A DNA stretch of 63,511 nucleotides, counting the filler, from Octopus bimaculoides (Eukaryota), in assembly GCF_001194135.2 (NCBI RefSeq). It is 8 parts of 6 records of this genome, joined end to end, with 100 filler letters (N's around TTAATTAATTAA, not from the genome) between each part and the next. Parts side by side here need not be neighbours in the genome. Positions count along the whole stretch, not along the records: positions 22,125 to 26,483 come from NC_068997.1; positions 26,584 to 30,577 come from NC_068981.1; positions 30,678 to 39,345 come from NC_068985.1; 5 more parts are not named here. One strand, 5' to 3'. Below are positions 23,380 through 37,000 of this stretch, one piece after another. The translations under genes were made by a program, and so were the position numbers. Position 1 is the first letter of the stretch; each line of letters starts with the position of its first letter. The notes below the pieces were generated by a model. The model had not been told where the DNA came from. It made no database searches and worked only from the letters and a program-made list of their open reading frames with translations.

Positions 23380-23944
23380 CAGTCATGTATATATTTATGT
23401 ATATATATATATATATATGCACATATATACAGCGTATACATGTACAGACACATACACACGACCACACACATATATGCATACACATATATACAATATGAAC
23501 ACATAATACATATGTATACACACAAAAGCATGCGTATAGAGGCACACGCACATACATACATGCTGGATCTATTTTCAACACAAACACAATCGAAGCTCAC
23601 ATACATATTTATCCACTTGAACTATCTTCAACGCATATACACACTGGATCTGCCTTCAACAGAAACACAACCAATCACATATGCATATATATATAAACAC
23701 TGGATCCATCTTTAACAGAAACATCCAAACACACATACACACCAGAAATATGGATTTGAAAATGTACACGCCCAATATTACTCATCTACACACCACAACA
23801 TACAAAAATATATTCCGTTAACGCATACATGCGTACATTCAAATATAAATACATGCATATATGCATACATATATGCGAGAAAAACATACAAACATTTTTC
23901 TTCGTAGAAGTGTATGCCAATATATAGACTTTGCCTCTACACCA

Positions 23945-23946
23945 AC

Positions 23947-23989
<43 letters not shown>

Positions 23990-24042
23990 GTCTGTCTATC
24001 TGCCTGTCTGCCTGTCTGTCTGTCTGTCTGTCTGTCAATCTA

Positions 24043-24073
<31 letters not shown>

Positions 24074-24205
24074 GTCTGTCTGTCTGTCTATCTGTCTGTC
24101 TGTCGATCTATCTGTCTGTCTGTCTAGCTAGCTGGCTAGCTAGTTATACATACATACATACATACATAAATACATACATACATACATACATGCATGCATA
24201 TAAAC
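23945..24205. repeat. Compound (TCTA)n/(TCTG)n/(CATA)n tetranucleotide tract
   Basis: Directly visible. Confidence 0.95.
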
Positions 24206-24334
24206 ATATATACCTACATACACACATATTTATGCATATATATTTACTATTCTTTAACAACAGCGATTGACAGCGATTTCGAAGTTTCCGCCAGTTAAGC
24301 CATCATCAGACTATGCATATTGATACATATGTGT

Positions 24335-24372
<38 letters not shown>

Positions 24373-25344
24373 ATGTGTGTGCATGTGTGTGTGTACATGT
24401 GTGTGAGTGTGTGCATGTGTGTGTGTGCATGTGTGTATAAATACACATGCAAATACACACATACATGTATATCATTTAATGTACGAGTCCACAATATCAA
24501 AATAAGAGCGACTAATAGTTTCTTGGCATTGAGAAAAGTTATTATAACGTGCCTTGTGTGTCGAAGCAATCATCGGACTTTGTGGACATCTTTTGTTCTA
24601 TGCGCACAGAGCTCCTGGATTGCTTGGAGATACAAGGTACGTTATAAAAAGTCAGCCCAACCATGTNNNNNNNNNNNNNNNNNNNNNNNNNNNNNNNNNN
24701 NNNNNNNNNNNNNNNNNNNNNNNNNNNNNNNNNNNNNNNNNNNNNNNNNNNNNNNNNNNNNNNNNNNNNNNNNNNNNNNNNNNNNNNNNNNNNNNNNNNN
24801 NNNNNNNNNNNNNNNNNNNNNNNNNNNNNNNNNNNNNNNNNNNNNNNNNNNNNNNNNNNNNNNNNNNNNNNNNNNNNNNNNNNNNNNNNNNNNNNNNNNN
24901 NNNNNNNNNNNNNNNNNNNNNNNNNNNNNNNNNNNNNNNNNNNNNNNNNNNNNNNNNNNNNNNNNNNNNNNNNNNNNNNNNNNNNNNNNNNNNNNNNNNN
25001 NNNNNNNNNNNNNNNNNNNNNNNNNNNNNNNNNNNNNNNNNNNNNNNNNNNNNNNNNNNNNNNNNNNNNNNNNNNNNNNNNNNNNNNNNNNNNNNNNNNN
25101 NNNNNNNNNNNNNNNNNNNNNNNNNNNNNNNNNNNNNNNNNNNNNNNNNNNNNNNNNNNNNNNNNNNNNNNNNNNNNNNNNNNNNNNNNNNNNNNNNNNN
25201 NNNNNNNNNNNNNNNNNNNNNNNNNNNNNNNNNNNNNNNNNNNNNNNNNNNNNNNNNNNNNNNNNNNNNNNNNNNNNNNNNNNNNNNNNNNNNNNNNNNN
25301 NNNNNNNNNNNNNNNNNNNNNNNNNNNNNNNNNNNNNNNNNNNN

Positions 25345-25385
<41 letters not shown>

Positions 25386-25781
25386 CACATACATATGTGT
25401 GTATCATCTATGGATTTATAGCGCACACACGCATACATATAGGCACAAAGGCATTCTGGAAGATACATATACATGTATCTATGCGGTCTCCACCAAAGTG
25501 TCAAAAGTTTAACATGATGGTAGCTGAAAAGTATCTGAAAATTACATATTAATTCTGCGATTCTGTGATTCTGTAATGCAAGATCCTCATTCATGAAGAT
25601 GCTTCACGTTTTTTTCTTGTACCTCCCTATTGGTTTTGTTTTATTTTTGGAAGGAAGTAGGTCTGCTAGATCATGGTCTATGTAGATCATAGTGAACCTT
25701 AGGCTAAACAACAACAATAACATGTAGCTTTAAACGTAGAACAACTCTGTCGCTCTTTCTGTCTGTCTGTCTGTCTCTCTT

Positions 25782-25817
<36 letters not shown>

Positions 25818-26047
25818 CATATATATATATATATATATATATATCACACACACTCGCAGACTCCCGCACACGCACAGATATTCATCTCCCTTTTTCACTC
25901 TCCTGTCTTAGAAAGAACTTTTCCCCCACCACCTCCTCTTCCGGTCTTTTCACAATGTAACCTCGTGAGCATCGGTACCATTTTCCTCTTTCTCCGTTCT
26001 TCCATTCTCCGAACTTTCCATCTTTCCGACGAAGGGCNNNNNNNNNN

Positions 26048-26098
<51 letters not shown>

Positions 26099-26288
26099 CT
26101 TGAATCTTCCATGTGTCAACAAGTACCTCCTTGCGACAATGTAAACTTTCATTTAATCAAGCTGCCCCTGGCCTAAGGAGTAGCCAGCAGTATTCACCTC
26201 GCTTGGATATTCACCACTTCTGACGTTCCACTCGCTATGAAGCATACGTAGCCCGGATCGTATCTACTCCATTCCTTAACTCCTGTAC

Positions 26289-26319
<31 letters not shown>

Positions 26320-26326
26320 TATATAT

Positions 26327-26478
26327 GGGAGAATATACAAAAAATAACAACAGACGAGGACAGGTGGTGTAAATAACAAAAGTATATATTAGTATGACGC
26401 TCGGGAATACGGAAAGTCTTTGACGTTTCGAGCTACGCTCTTCAACAGAAAGAATACGGAGACAAGGAGAAAAACAAT
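26327..26478 (-). mobile_element. Short (TA)n-associated element with hammerhead-like motif, copy 3
   Basis: Hammerhead-like region 26448-26396, identical to copy 2; the element ends just before a linker gap. Confidence 0.8.
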
Positions 26479-26583
26479 ATATANNNNNNNNNNNNNNNNN
26501 NNNNNNNNNNNNNNNNNNNNNNNNNNNTTAATTAATTAANNNNNNNNNNNNNNNNNNNNNNNNNNNNNNNNNNNNNNNNNNNN

Positions 26584-26905
26584 TCCATGTTAAAGTGGTG
26601 TATTTTGAGTTGATATAAAGAATAATAATAAATGGAGCAAAACGCATGTAATAAATAATTTCCCATATATATATATACATATTTTAATTTATGTATATAT
26701 TAATATTATCTTGGTTGAAAAACTTCGATAATGCAAATATGTTAATAGTTACCAGGGTAGCAAAAATCGCACAAAAACTGGGATATCATACCCGGTTAAT
26801 GGGTAGAAATTCCATGTTAAAGTGGTGTATTTTGAGTTGATATAAAGAATAATAATAAATGGAGCAAAACGCATGTAATAAATAATTTCCCATATATATA
26901 TATAC
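26584..26905. repeat. Direct duplication of ~97 bp with 227-bp period, next to a gap
   Basis: tccatgttaaagtggtg…ttcccatatatatatatacat occurs at 26584 and 26811. Confidence 0.9.
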
Positions 26906-26924
26906 ATACATACATAGCCTTATG

Positions 26925-27018
<94 letters not shown>

Positions 27019-27705
27019 GATGACATAATCGGTCGTCATGAAGATTTAATCAAAGTGATGCGAATATGAAAAGAAACACGAAATTACGAATAAAAATTCT
27101 CTTCTAACTAAACGTTCTTGATAAATTTCACTACATTAAATTTGGCAACTCTTCTACTTACGTTATCAGTCAGATTGCTTGAATAATTATAATTTCTACT
27201 CTCTGTCACTCACTCTATATAACGACAACTAATTACATTAACATTAATGAGCGTGCTAATGAGCCTCAGAAGGGAAGTCTTCACACTATGTTGTTATTTA
27301 TTTTAATATTATGGATATTTTCATTATACATAAACGTGAAATAATTAATAATATCCTGTTCGAAGACGTGTTAACGTCCTTAAGTTGATTGGCTTGATGC
27401 GATATATCAGAGATATCTATTTTCTCGATAACCGATGATATAAAAGTTAATGTTTAATCATTTCACTTGTTGTTTTTGTTGTTTTATCTCAACTCTGTCT
27501 TCATCGGCATATTGATTACCAAAAGCTTTTCAGTCAAGACCATATAGTTTCCTTTTCTCAGACAGCTGTTCCGAGATCGAATGTGTGAGACCAAATTTTT
27601 AGGACGGTAAGATGCGAATTGAACGTGAGATCACTGGTGTTACTAACGGACTGCGCGATCCTGCCGATGTTCCTTTTGGCTTACTTGGATTTTAGAAATA
27701 CAGAA

Positions 27706-27920
27706 TTCTAATCTTGTTACAAGGCCAGTAATTTTGAGGGGAGAGGAAAGTCGATTATATTGATCCCAGTGCCCCCATTAATTCCTATTTTATGGATCTC
27801 GAAAGAATGAAAGACAAATTTGACCTAGGTAGAATTTGAACTCAGAATGTAAAGAACACGAAGAAATGATGCTAAGCATTTTGTCCAAAGCGATAACGAT
27901 TCTGCTAGTTCACCGCCTTA
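27706..27920 (-). mobile_element. SINE family B
   Basis: …gaatttgaactcagaatgtaaag…gctaagcatttt…aacgattctgctagttcaccgcctta, the inverted family B head. Confidence 0.8.
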
Positions 27921-28659
27921 AAAATACAAATATATTATACCCCATAATAAATACTCCATTCATTCTACCGAAGCTTAAAACTTGTTATTCCGATTACTTT
28001 GGCATTCATTTCTTTTATTTTATCGCTTTAATACAACGAATATTTTAATTTGAATGGATAATTTCGTTTTAAGTCAGACAATCCTTTAATTTCAAGTGAA
28101 AATTAAGACTTCTCATGTCCCTTTTAATTACACAATATTGTTGCGGTTAAATGTGTAACAAAATGAAGGAGAATTCCAATAGGATTTGATAATCCGCAGG
28201 TCTGGCAAACATTATATCTAAACGAATAAATTAATACATTTTCTTTGAATGACACGAAGAGGGCATAATGCCTTGAATTTTTTTACTTTTAATTCTGAAT
28301 CCGATTAACGTATTTCAAATGAAAGCTGAGTACCATTTCTTGGATGTTAATTTTTGCAATTTGTTTCTACTAAAATCGGATCAAACTATTTCGGTATTAA
28401 TCGTCACCATAGCTTTAGTGTTTTTAAACGATTTAAAGAAATTTTTTTCCAGGATCAGCACCACCACCTGACCCTTTGAGCTTTTAGCAGGATTTGCTCT
28501 GTTACAACAATTTTAATCAATTTTTGCGTCTGAAAATAAAGCACAAGTGGTAATTCTTTCCTGTCTTTTATCCATCAGTCATAGGAATCCTTATAAAATG
28601 GCGATAAGCGTTACTCTTCTTCCTCTATAGAAATTGTGAAAAATTTATGTTGACATGTC

Positions 28660-28830
28660 AGTGTGGTGGTTAAGGAGCTTGCTTCCAAACTATCTAGCCT
28701 CGAGTTCAGTACCACTGAGCAGCGTCTTGGATAAGTGTCTTCTGCTTTAATTCCGGGACGACACACGCCTTGTGAGTGAATTTGGTTGACAGAATCTGCG
28801 TGGTATCCCGTCGTGCATGTATGTATACAC
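28660..28830 (+). mobile_element. SINE family A head, degenerate
   Basis: gtggtggttaaggagcttgcttccaa…gagttcagtaccactg…cttggataagtgtcttct…ccttgtgagtgaatttggttgac. Confidence 0.7.
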
Positions 28831-28869
28831 ACATAATATGTCCGACCGCTAGCCACCAAACCTTTTTTT

Positions 28870-29035
28870 TTAATTCTCTCTCTGTTTATTTTCTCGTTTT
28901 CCTTTCTGTTGATGAGCGTAGGCTCGAAACGTAAAAGACTATCTCACCTTCCCGAGCGTTTAACTAATACACTTGTTTGTTGTTTACACACCTGTCTTCG
29001 TCTTTTGCTTTTCTGTAAATTCTAACTAACATATA
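28870..29035 (+). mobile_element. Short (TA)n-associated element with hammerhead-like motif, copy 4 (opposite orientation)
   Basis: 28906-28960 reads CTGTTGA-T-GAGC-GTAG-GCTC-GAAA-CG…cccgag-CG-TT; the flank acacctgtcttcgtc matches the other copies inverted. Confidence 0.75.
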
Positions 29036-30677
29036 CACATATATATATAACTTAACTGGCATATATGTATATATGTATATACATATAAAACTTCGCAAAC
29101 ATATTTACTAAGAATAAAATATGCAATGTATACAAAGAAACAAACGTTAAATATACCAGCAGAAGGACCACCCTTCGGGCGGTTTGCTGCTGGCTGCTCA
29201 ATGATATTTACTCATTTATTTACCAATTTGTGTAATTTTTCTGAAATCTAACTTCTTATTTTCCTTTGAATCCTTTATTTGTTTAATAAAACTCATTCAC
29301 TCAGTAAGTTGAGGGCATACAACAGAAATGTGTCCCACCGAATTTGCCTTAACGTAAATGTATGAAAATTTGATATTTATTAATGAATATATCTATAAAT
29401 ATCTATCAGATGTGGTAGATTACAATAATATCGGAATTTGTGGTGAAAATGTGTTGGGGTAGTTCACACACTTCAATATTATTTCCTCATATCTTTCAGA
29501 AACTGGGTAATGATAATGAAATTATTAACAAATAACATTTAGATGGTTTAGGTAACAATTATATAGTAATTCAACGCAGAAAAATGGGAGGAGAATATAT
29601 ATTTCAGGCATTTCGACTTTGTTTCCTCATCGTTTGGATGATTTAATTACAATTATGTAATCCCTGCTATTTCTAGCATAGTAAACGATCACGTATGGGG
29701 CTGACAACCTTTGATTTTGTTTAAAAGTGGGAGAAAAGGTTGCGATAAAATAAAAGAAGAAATATGCTTTCAATAATGTTTGCTAGCATTGTTTTTCTCT
29801 TTGTAGCAAGATTAGTTTCTGAGAAATTTCACTGAAGTGTGGACTAGTCATCAAAAGTAAATTTTCACAATGTAATCTTAATGAAATTATCAAAACCTAT
29901 GAGGAAAAGAAGTTGAGATATGTGAAATATCACTCTTTCCAATTTTTCACGGTAAATTTCGATAAAATCGCAATTTATATCATGTGAAAAATATTTGTAG
30001 AATATTTCATCGAAAAATTGTCATTTCCTGAAAGTTACGAGGAGTCAAGACCGGGGGTTAGGTCACGTGTGTAGGTATACCAAATTAAATTGAAGCCAGT
30101 TTACTTATTTAGATTTCTATGTCTTGAACAACACCCAACGAACATGAAAGGATACTGGAATCAACATAATTTGGTTGACACTGGATCAATGTTATGATTT
30201 GTAGAAAATAACGTTGTAAATATTTTGACAACCTTTACAATTTCTGAAATATAAATAGGTTTTAAACTACGCCGTAATTTAAAATGTCACATTGAATATT
30301 TATAATTGTGATCTGTAGTTGAAATATTCAATAATATATGAAGCTTCAAAAGCGCATTTTGATCAAATAATATATTAAAACTGGAATGTTTTCCAGAAAG
30401 TCTAGCCTATAGTAATTGTTTTCTTTTCGTGATGAGTTACATAATTCCAAATATATAATATGCAGCTTTCTAGATTATATTATAGATATGCATATACATC
30501 TATACACCCATATATTTGTATTATGTATGTATGTATGTATGTATGTATGTATGTATGCATGTGTATATATATATATANNNNNNNNNNNNNNNNNNNNNNN
30601 NNNNNNNNNNNNNNNNNNNNNTTAATTAATTAANNNNNNNNNNNNNNNNNNNNNNNNNNNNNNNNNNNNNNNNNNNN

Positions 30678-30737
<60 letters not shown>

Positions 30738-30967
30738 ATGGTATGTATGTATGTATGCATAATATATTATGAATAACGTCTTGTAAACTGCAGAATTATT
30801 TAGCTATTTCGTAGCTCTTCTGAATAATTATCATATATAAATAGAACTTTATACATTGGTAAAGATTTATTGTGGAAATTATAAGATTCAATGTCTCACA
30901 CAGACCACCTGTATCTTCTTTCCTGATTACCTACAGGTCAGTGTGAAATTTTGGACATTCCAATTGC

Positions 30968-31387
30968 TAATGCTTAGTGGCATTTGGTCTGTCTCTATGT
31001 TCTGAGTTCAAATTCCGCCGAGGAAGACTTTGTCTTTCATCCTTCAGGATCAATCAAATAAATACCAATTGAGCACGGAGTTCGATGCAATCGATTTACA
31101 ACCCTCCTCCGTAATTGCTGGCCTTGTATCAAAATTTGAAGCAATTGTTATTTTTATTTCTGTAATTATATAAGGCGGCGAACTGGCAAAATCGTTAGCA
31201 CGCAGAGCAAAATGTTCAGCAGCATTTCGTCCGTCCTGACGTTCTGAGTTCAAATTATGCCGAGGTAAATTTTGTCATTCATTCTTTCAGGATCGAAATA
31301 AGTACCAGTTGAACACTGAGGTCGATGTAATCGGTTTACCCCATCTCCACAAAAATTATTAGCTCTGTAACAAATTTTGAAATCATC
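30968..31387 (+). mobile_element. Two SINE family B copies in tandem (30968-31147, 31173-31387)
   Basis: Both contain ttctgagttcaaatt…gccgagg…tcatcc/tcattc…accagttga/accaattga. Confidence 0.85.
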
Positions 31388-31448
31388 ATATCTGTAATTA
31401 TTATATGAGCGCCTCTTTCTATGTATGTCTATGTGTGCATCCAGCGTA

Positions 31449-31579
31449 CGAGGGTGTGCTGAAACGTTGCTGGCTTCAAGGATTTCCTGAGAGGCTGATC
31501 ATGTTGAATACAATCATAATTAACTGAGCACCCTGTATTTTCTTTTACACAAACCCAGGAACTTTTCAGCACCCCCTCG
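31449..31579. mobile_element. Mariner-type MITE, 131 bp, TA target duplication
   Basis: TA|CGAGGGTGTGCTGAAACGTTGCTGG … CCAGGAACTTTTCAGCACCCCCTCG|TA; ~25-bp TIRs. Confidence 0.9.
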
Positions 31580-34054
31580 TATATAATTACAGTAAATTAG
31601 GTTCTATAGAAATTTGGAATAAATTATATTTGTTTCTTAAGTAACCTGGCCCTAATGTTCCTGTTTTATTATTCAGTGATGTGTAACACTGAAATTATTC
31701 ATACTATTTGTAGAAAATCGTATTTCATTCGAAAAAACGCCATATACAAACTCCATCAGCATCGTTCGACCTGCTAGTAATAGCGGTCAAATCTCCCTCA
31801 ACCCACACTTAACTCTCTTAAAATTTGAGTGATATAGAAATATATTTAAAAGATGTGAGACTGAACTTATTGAACAAAAAAAAACAGAAAATTCCCCTCA
31901 TTTATATTCTGGATTTTGATGTATACAGCTAATGCTTAAAAAGTATTAACAGTATCTCGAATTTCTTCCAACCACACTGCATCCTATAATTATATATACC
32001 TATACATTCTTGTGTATGTATATATATATACATATATATACTTATATATATACATATATGTATATATATATGCATAAAAATACATATATATATATATTGA
32101 TCACTTTTAGTTTCGCCAGTCGAATATAATATATAAATATGAATATAATTGTTGAAGAGGTCCAATAAGACCGAAATATGTCCTTTATGTTTTTGACTAG
32201 TTATCTTTAAAAGCAAGACCCACGACCATGTGAATTACCAATTTTATCTAAAATTTTCAATTTACGTTTTCTCAATAACGTTTTCTATCTTGTTTTTTTT
32301 ATTTTCATGTTACAAACTTCCCTGATGCGTTGTCTTGTTAACCAATCGTATATATAATCTCAGTTAATACAAGCTTCTTTTGTTTGTTTGTTTGTTTGTT
32401 TGTTTGTTTTTTTCATTTTGCTGTATTTCAACATATGTGATACCCTGTGAGAAACTACCATATTCACCAATTATACAGTTACATACTGCACTTACTGTCT
32501 TACGACATCAGGTTCGTACTCGCCAGTTGGTTCTTATTTCCATCAAGAGAGTTAAGTGAAATATTGGTGATAACAATAATGAGAGAAGACGTAACTTTCT
32601 CTCCCACCGATAGATGATAGATTTCGAAACGGTAGCAGCCACCAAATTCTCTGTCTCAGAAGTCTGTTAAGTGCATCAGATTTACTAACAAGTAGAGAAA
32701 CTCTCTGAGTGGAATTCATGTTAAAACGAAATACTATAACTACGACAGTTCTACTTAACACAGGTAATTGAATGAATGCGCAGTCACAACTCACCTGCGG
32801 TTATTCATGTTTTTTTTTGTTTTATTTTGTTTTGTTCTCTTTTTGGCTTTTCTTTTTACTCTGTTCCCTTTACCAATAACAGATATTTTTTTTAAAGTAA
32901 ATGAATACATCAAAGGGCATAGTTTCTAAGTGCTATAGACACATTTCTATGTATCATTATGTGAAAACGTGTGCTATGTATCTTGGTGACTATGAACGCG
33001 AGCGTGTATGTATACAGATAGATTGTCATTACATATGTATATATATNNNNNNNNNNNNNNNNNNNNNNNNNNNNNNNNNNNNNNNNNNNNNNNNNNNNNN
33101 NNNNNNNNNNNNNNNNNNNNNNNNNNNNNNNNNNNNNNNNNNNNNNNNNNNNNNNNNNNNNNNNNNNNNNNNNNNNNNNNNNNNNNNNNNNNNNNNNNNN
33201 NNNNNNNNNNNNNNNNNNNNNNNNNNNNNNNNNNNNNNNNNNNNNNNNNNNNNNNNNNNNNNNNNNNNNNNNNNNNNNNNNNNNNNNNNNNNNNNNNNNN
33301 NNNNNNNNNNNNNNNNNNNNNNNNNNNNNNNNNNNNNNNNNNNNNNNNNNNNNNNNNNNNNNNNNNNNNNNNNNNNNNNNNNNNNNNNNNNNNNNNNNNN
33401 NNNNNNNNNNTATATATATATATATACACATATATATGTGTGTACGTATATATATATGTATATGTATTATTGTACATATCTATATGCGTGTATATATATT
33501 CATAAACACGTATACGTATAGAGGTATATATGAATGTTTTGTCTGTAGGTGTATGCGTATGTATACAATCATAAATAAATCTACATAAATATGTATTGGC
33601 ATATATGTGTGAGCGAATGGTTATAAATGTAGGTACACGTGTATGCATCTGTATACGTATGTATATGTATTATTAAATTATATGGTAACTTTTCCAACAA
33701 CGTGAAATATTATTCTAGATTAAAATCACTAGCACAGACTTTAGGCATCTATATTGCGGTAGCGTATATAGATTTTATATATGCATATATATAAATATAT
33801 TTGTAGAAGTACATTGTGTTATTGATAGAATCAGTGAGCTGACGGGGGTAAGAACGCATTGCAGTATTCACTTACGCTCTTGTATGTTCTAATTTCAAAT
33901 TTCTCAGACAACACTTTCCCATTTATCCTGCCAGATTTGATAAAATAATTTAACAGCTGTATGCTTACTGCGCGTTCACTGATCTTTGGTTCATCTAGAA
34001 GTCAAGAAATCAGCTATTATATCCAAACTGTTGCATTGAGGAATACATAAATAA

Positions 34055-34488
34055 TCCTTTCTACTAAAGGCACAAGGTCTGAATTTTTGGTTGAGGGAAC
34101 TAGTCGGTTAGAATCGACCCCAGTGTTTCACTGGTACTTAATTTATCGACCCCGAAATGATGAAAGGCAAAGTCGACATCAGCGTAATTTGGATTCAGAA
34201 CGTAGCGACGGGCGAAATACTGCTAAGCATTTCGTCTAGTGTGCTAACGATTCTTATTTCTTTATTGCCCACAAGGAGCTACACACAGAGGGGACAAACA
34301 AGCACAGACAAACGGATTAAGTCGATTATATCGACCCCAGTGCGTAACTGGTACTTATTTAATCGACCCCGAAAGGATGAAAAGCAAAGTCAACCTCGCT
34401 GGAATTTGAACTCAGAACGTAACACCAGACGAAATACCGCTAAGCATTTCGCCCGGCACGCTAACGATTCTGCTAACTCGCCACCTTA
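34055..34488 (-). mobile_element. Head-to-tail dimer of SINE family B (34488-34261 long-tailed; 34258-34055 short-tailed)
   Basis: Two consecutive atcgaccccagtg…ctggtactta…tcgaccccgaaa…gaaaggcaaagtc/gaaaagcaaagtc…tcagaacgta units; the upstream copy ends ccttgtgggcAATAAA. Confidence 0.9.
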
Positions 34489-34515
34489 AGAAGAACATAA
34501 GTAACACGAATGACT

Positions 34516-35400
34516 ATTGTTGTTGTTGTTGTTATTACCTTTTCTTTATTAACCACACGGGCTCGAAGCTATTCAAAAATACAAAACTTTCTCTAAAAAT
34601 AAGAAACAAAGAAAAGTGAATTGTGAAAGACAAGCTTACAAAGACGAAAGAAAAAGACGAGCACATTGAGATTTTAAATGTTCATATATTTACACGGGAA
34701 TAAATTTTTAAAAAGTACAGTACAATACAGTTGTTAAAACAAAATGTAATTGAAAGGAATAAAACATCAAAAATTACACGACAGGTTGCCTTTATGTACT
34801 CCACGACCCTATACATTAACTATTTTTTCAATTTTGTATGAGTGCAACCAGATATGCCGGTAAGCATATTTTTTTAAAATGCGGTGCTGAAAACTTCAAT
34901 ATCTTCGAAGATTCACTTTGAGTTCGTTGTAATATCTTAGTTTCAGTTTTATTGATAATTTATAATTTGTGTTTTCCTTATAATCAGAAATTATGCATAA
35001 CAAATACATAATTTCTTTATATTTTCTTTCTTTGATGTCCTAATGATTGTGAATCCTAATTCTTCTTCGTCTACTTCATTTTCTCCTATACTTTTCTGGG
35101 GAGAAGTATCATTCTCATTTTCAAGAAATTGTTCTTCTTCATACGTTTCCGTTGTTCCGCATAGCTATTTTTGGTGATATTTTTCCCTTTCTTCGTTTGT
35201 TTTTTCCTCTGCAACTATTATTTCTTACTCATCGCAAGATGACGGTGTGATTATACCGGTTTTTTTTTGCTGTTAGAGAGGAAGTGTTTGCTCATTATTT
35301 CACATACTAGGCGTAAAGGGGTTTCTCTTGCCCATCCCCAAAATTGTAGTTCATGCTGTGAAAACTGCAGTTTGTTGTTCTTTGTGCTGTTTCAGTTAAT

Positions 35401-35475
<75 letters not shown>

Positions 35476-36100
35476 GCTTTCTCTCTCTCTCCCTCTCTTC
35501 TCTTCTCTTCTCTTCCTCTCTTTTTCTATTTTTCTTAGACCTTCCAGTTTTTCGGGGTAATCAGCTCTGAAGTGATCCTTACAACGCAAAAGGTAGCAAC
35601 TAGAATTTCTGTTTTGTATCATTAAGTTCTTTACCTTTGTCTCGACATCTTCCACTCTTGATATGAATTTGTGGCCTTCAGATCTTCTTAGAACTTGTAA
35701 ATCCATTCTGACGTCCCTGAACTCAAATAATTTTTCATTAGCCTGGCATGTGGTGATACAAAAGTGACGAGTAACCACGGATCTACACAATTTCTGATAT
35801 CTTCTTCAAGGCTTGTACAAAGGCATAGATATATGGGCAAAGTTATATTCGACAATTTCAGTCTGTTTTACATCTAGTCTCCCACTTTGAAAGTACAGCA
35901 GACAGTGCCATAACTTTTACATTATTCAGTTGAAATAGTTTCTCCCAAGATATCCTGAAGTGCTTGTCGCAGTTCTTGTAATAGCAGATTTGTCTCATTT
36001 CCATTCCTTCTGAAGCGAAAGTATATAATTTCCCTCGTTGGATTAGCTTCTGTGACAAAGGAATGCAGTTTGGTTTTTAAAAATTCTCCCCACCGCATTC
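34516..36100 (-). mobile_element. Decayed retroelement with Tx1/L1-like ORF1 remnant and LINE-type 3' end; no ORF2 seen
   Basis: LMIQNRNSSCYLLRCKDHFRADYP resembles a decayed CX2CX4HX4C knuckle; 3' end GCCCGTGTGGTTAATAAA plus (AAC)n tail at 34516-34562; (TC)n tract inside at 35404-35460. Confidence 0.45.
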
Positions 36101-36389
36101 ATTTTCTTTTAACTGTGCTAGCTCGAAACATTTTATTTGCTCAGTTTGTGACAAAGAAAGATTTACAAACTATCATGCAAATGGATTATAGCGTTTGACT
36201 GAAGAATATTGTAATTGAGGCTCGCAATGTCAACCTACAGAAAAGTGCGAACGTATTCTAAAAGAATCCTAAAAAAGATTCTTGAGATTTGAGGAGACTT
36301 GTAGTCAGAAAACCTCAAGACAACATCTCTACTAACTTAAGTAGCATGTAAATTTAAAGCTATTTTCTGTCTTAAATTTATGTTCTATC

Positions 36390-37000
36390 TTAAAAAGAAA
36401 ATAAGAAATGCGAAACAGAGGCTGCAACAACAGATAGCTTTGAAGGGAAAGGAGAAGCAATAACAAAAATCTTGAAACGGTAATACTCTAAACAAGAAGC
36501 TATGATAACCATGGCTGGAAAAGTCCTTATGTCGCAAATACAAGGAAAGCTGAACAGAGCGGAAATGGACAAAGAAAAATACCAGCATTGAATGAGAAGC
36601 ACGGAGCCCAAAGAAGAGCGGTACTCGCGTTGTACCAGCGTTTATCACTATAATCCAATGATGTACAAATGTCATTTCTCTTTAAGGTGACCGTATTTGC
36701 CGTTCCGTCTACTGAAAGTCCAACACCGATGGAAGAGAAGCGATGTGTGCAGACCTAAACAGCTGGAAGTACATTGTTACAAACTTTCTCATGGGAGGAG
36801 TCTTATCTGAACAGCCTTGTTGAGTCTTCTGTGAAAGGGACCAACTCCGGTGAAGATTCTTGGGATCGAGCAGCCCTTTGTAGGGAGAAACTGCTCACCC
36901 AAATCATTATCAATGAGGAAGCGATCATCGGTGAAAATGATAGTGTATGTATAAACGGTAGTATTCTGTTTCAATTTGATAAGACACTTTCAAAAAACTT
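36390..37000 (+). mobile_element. R4/Dong-like RLE LINE remnant (post-RT region)
   Basis: WLEKSL..KY.E.LNRAEMDKEK.QH.MRS resembles W.EKPLHGKY…VDKEKS..WLRS; a frameshifted VKIL-WD motif follows. Confidence 0.55.
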
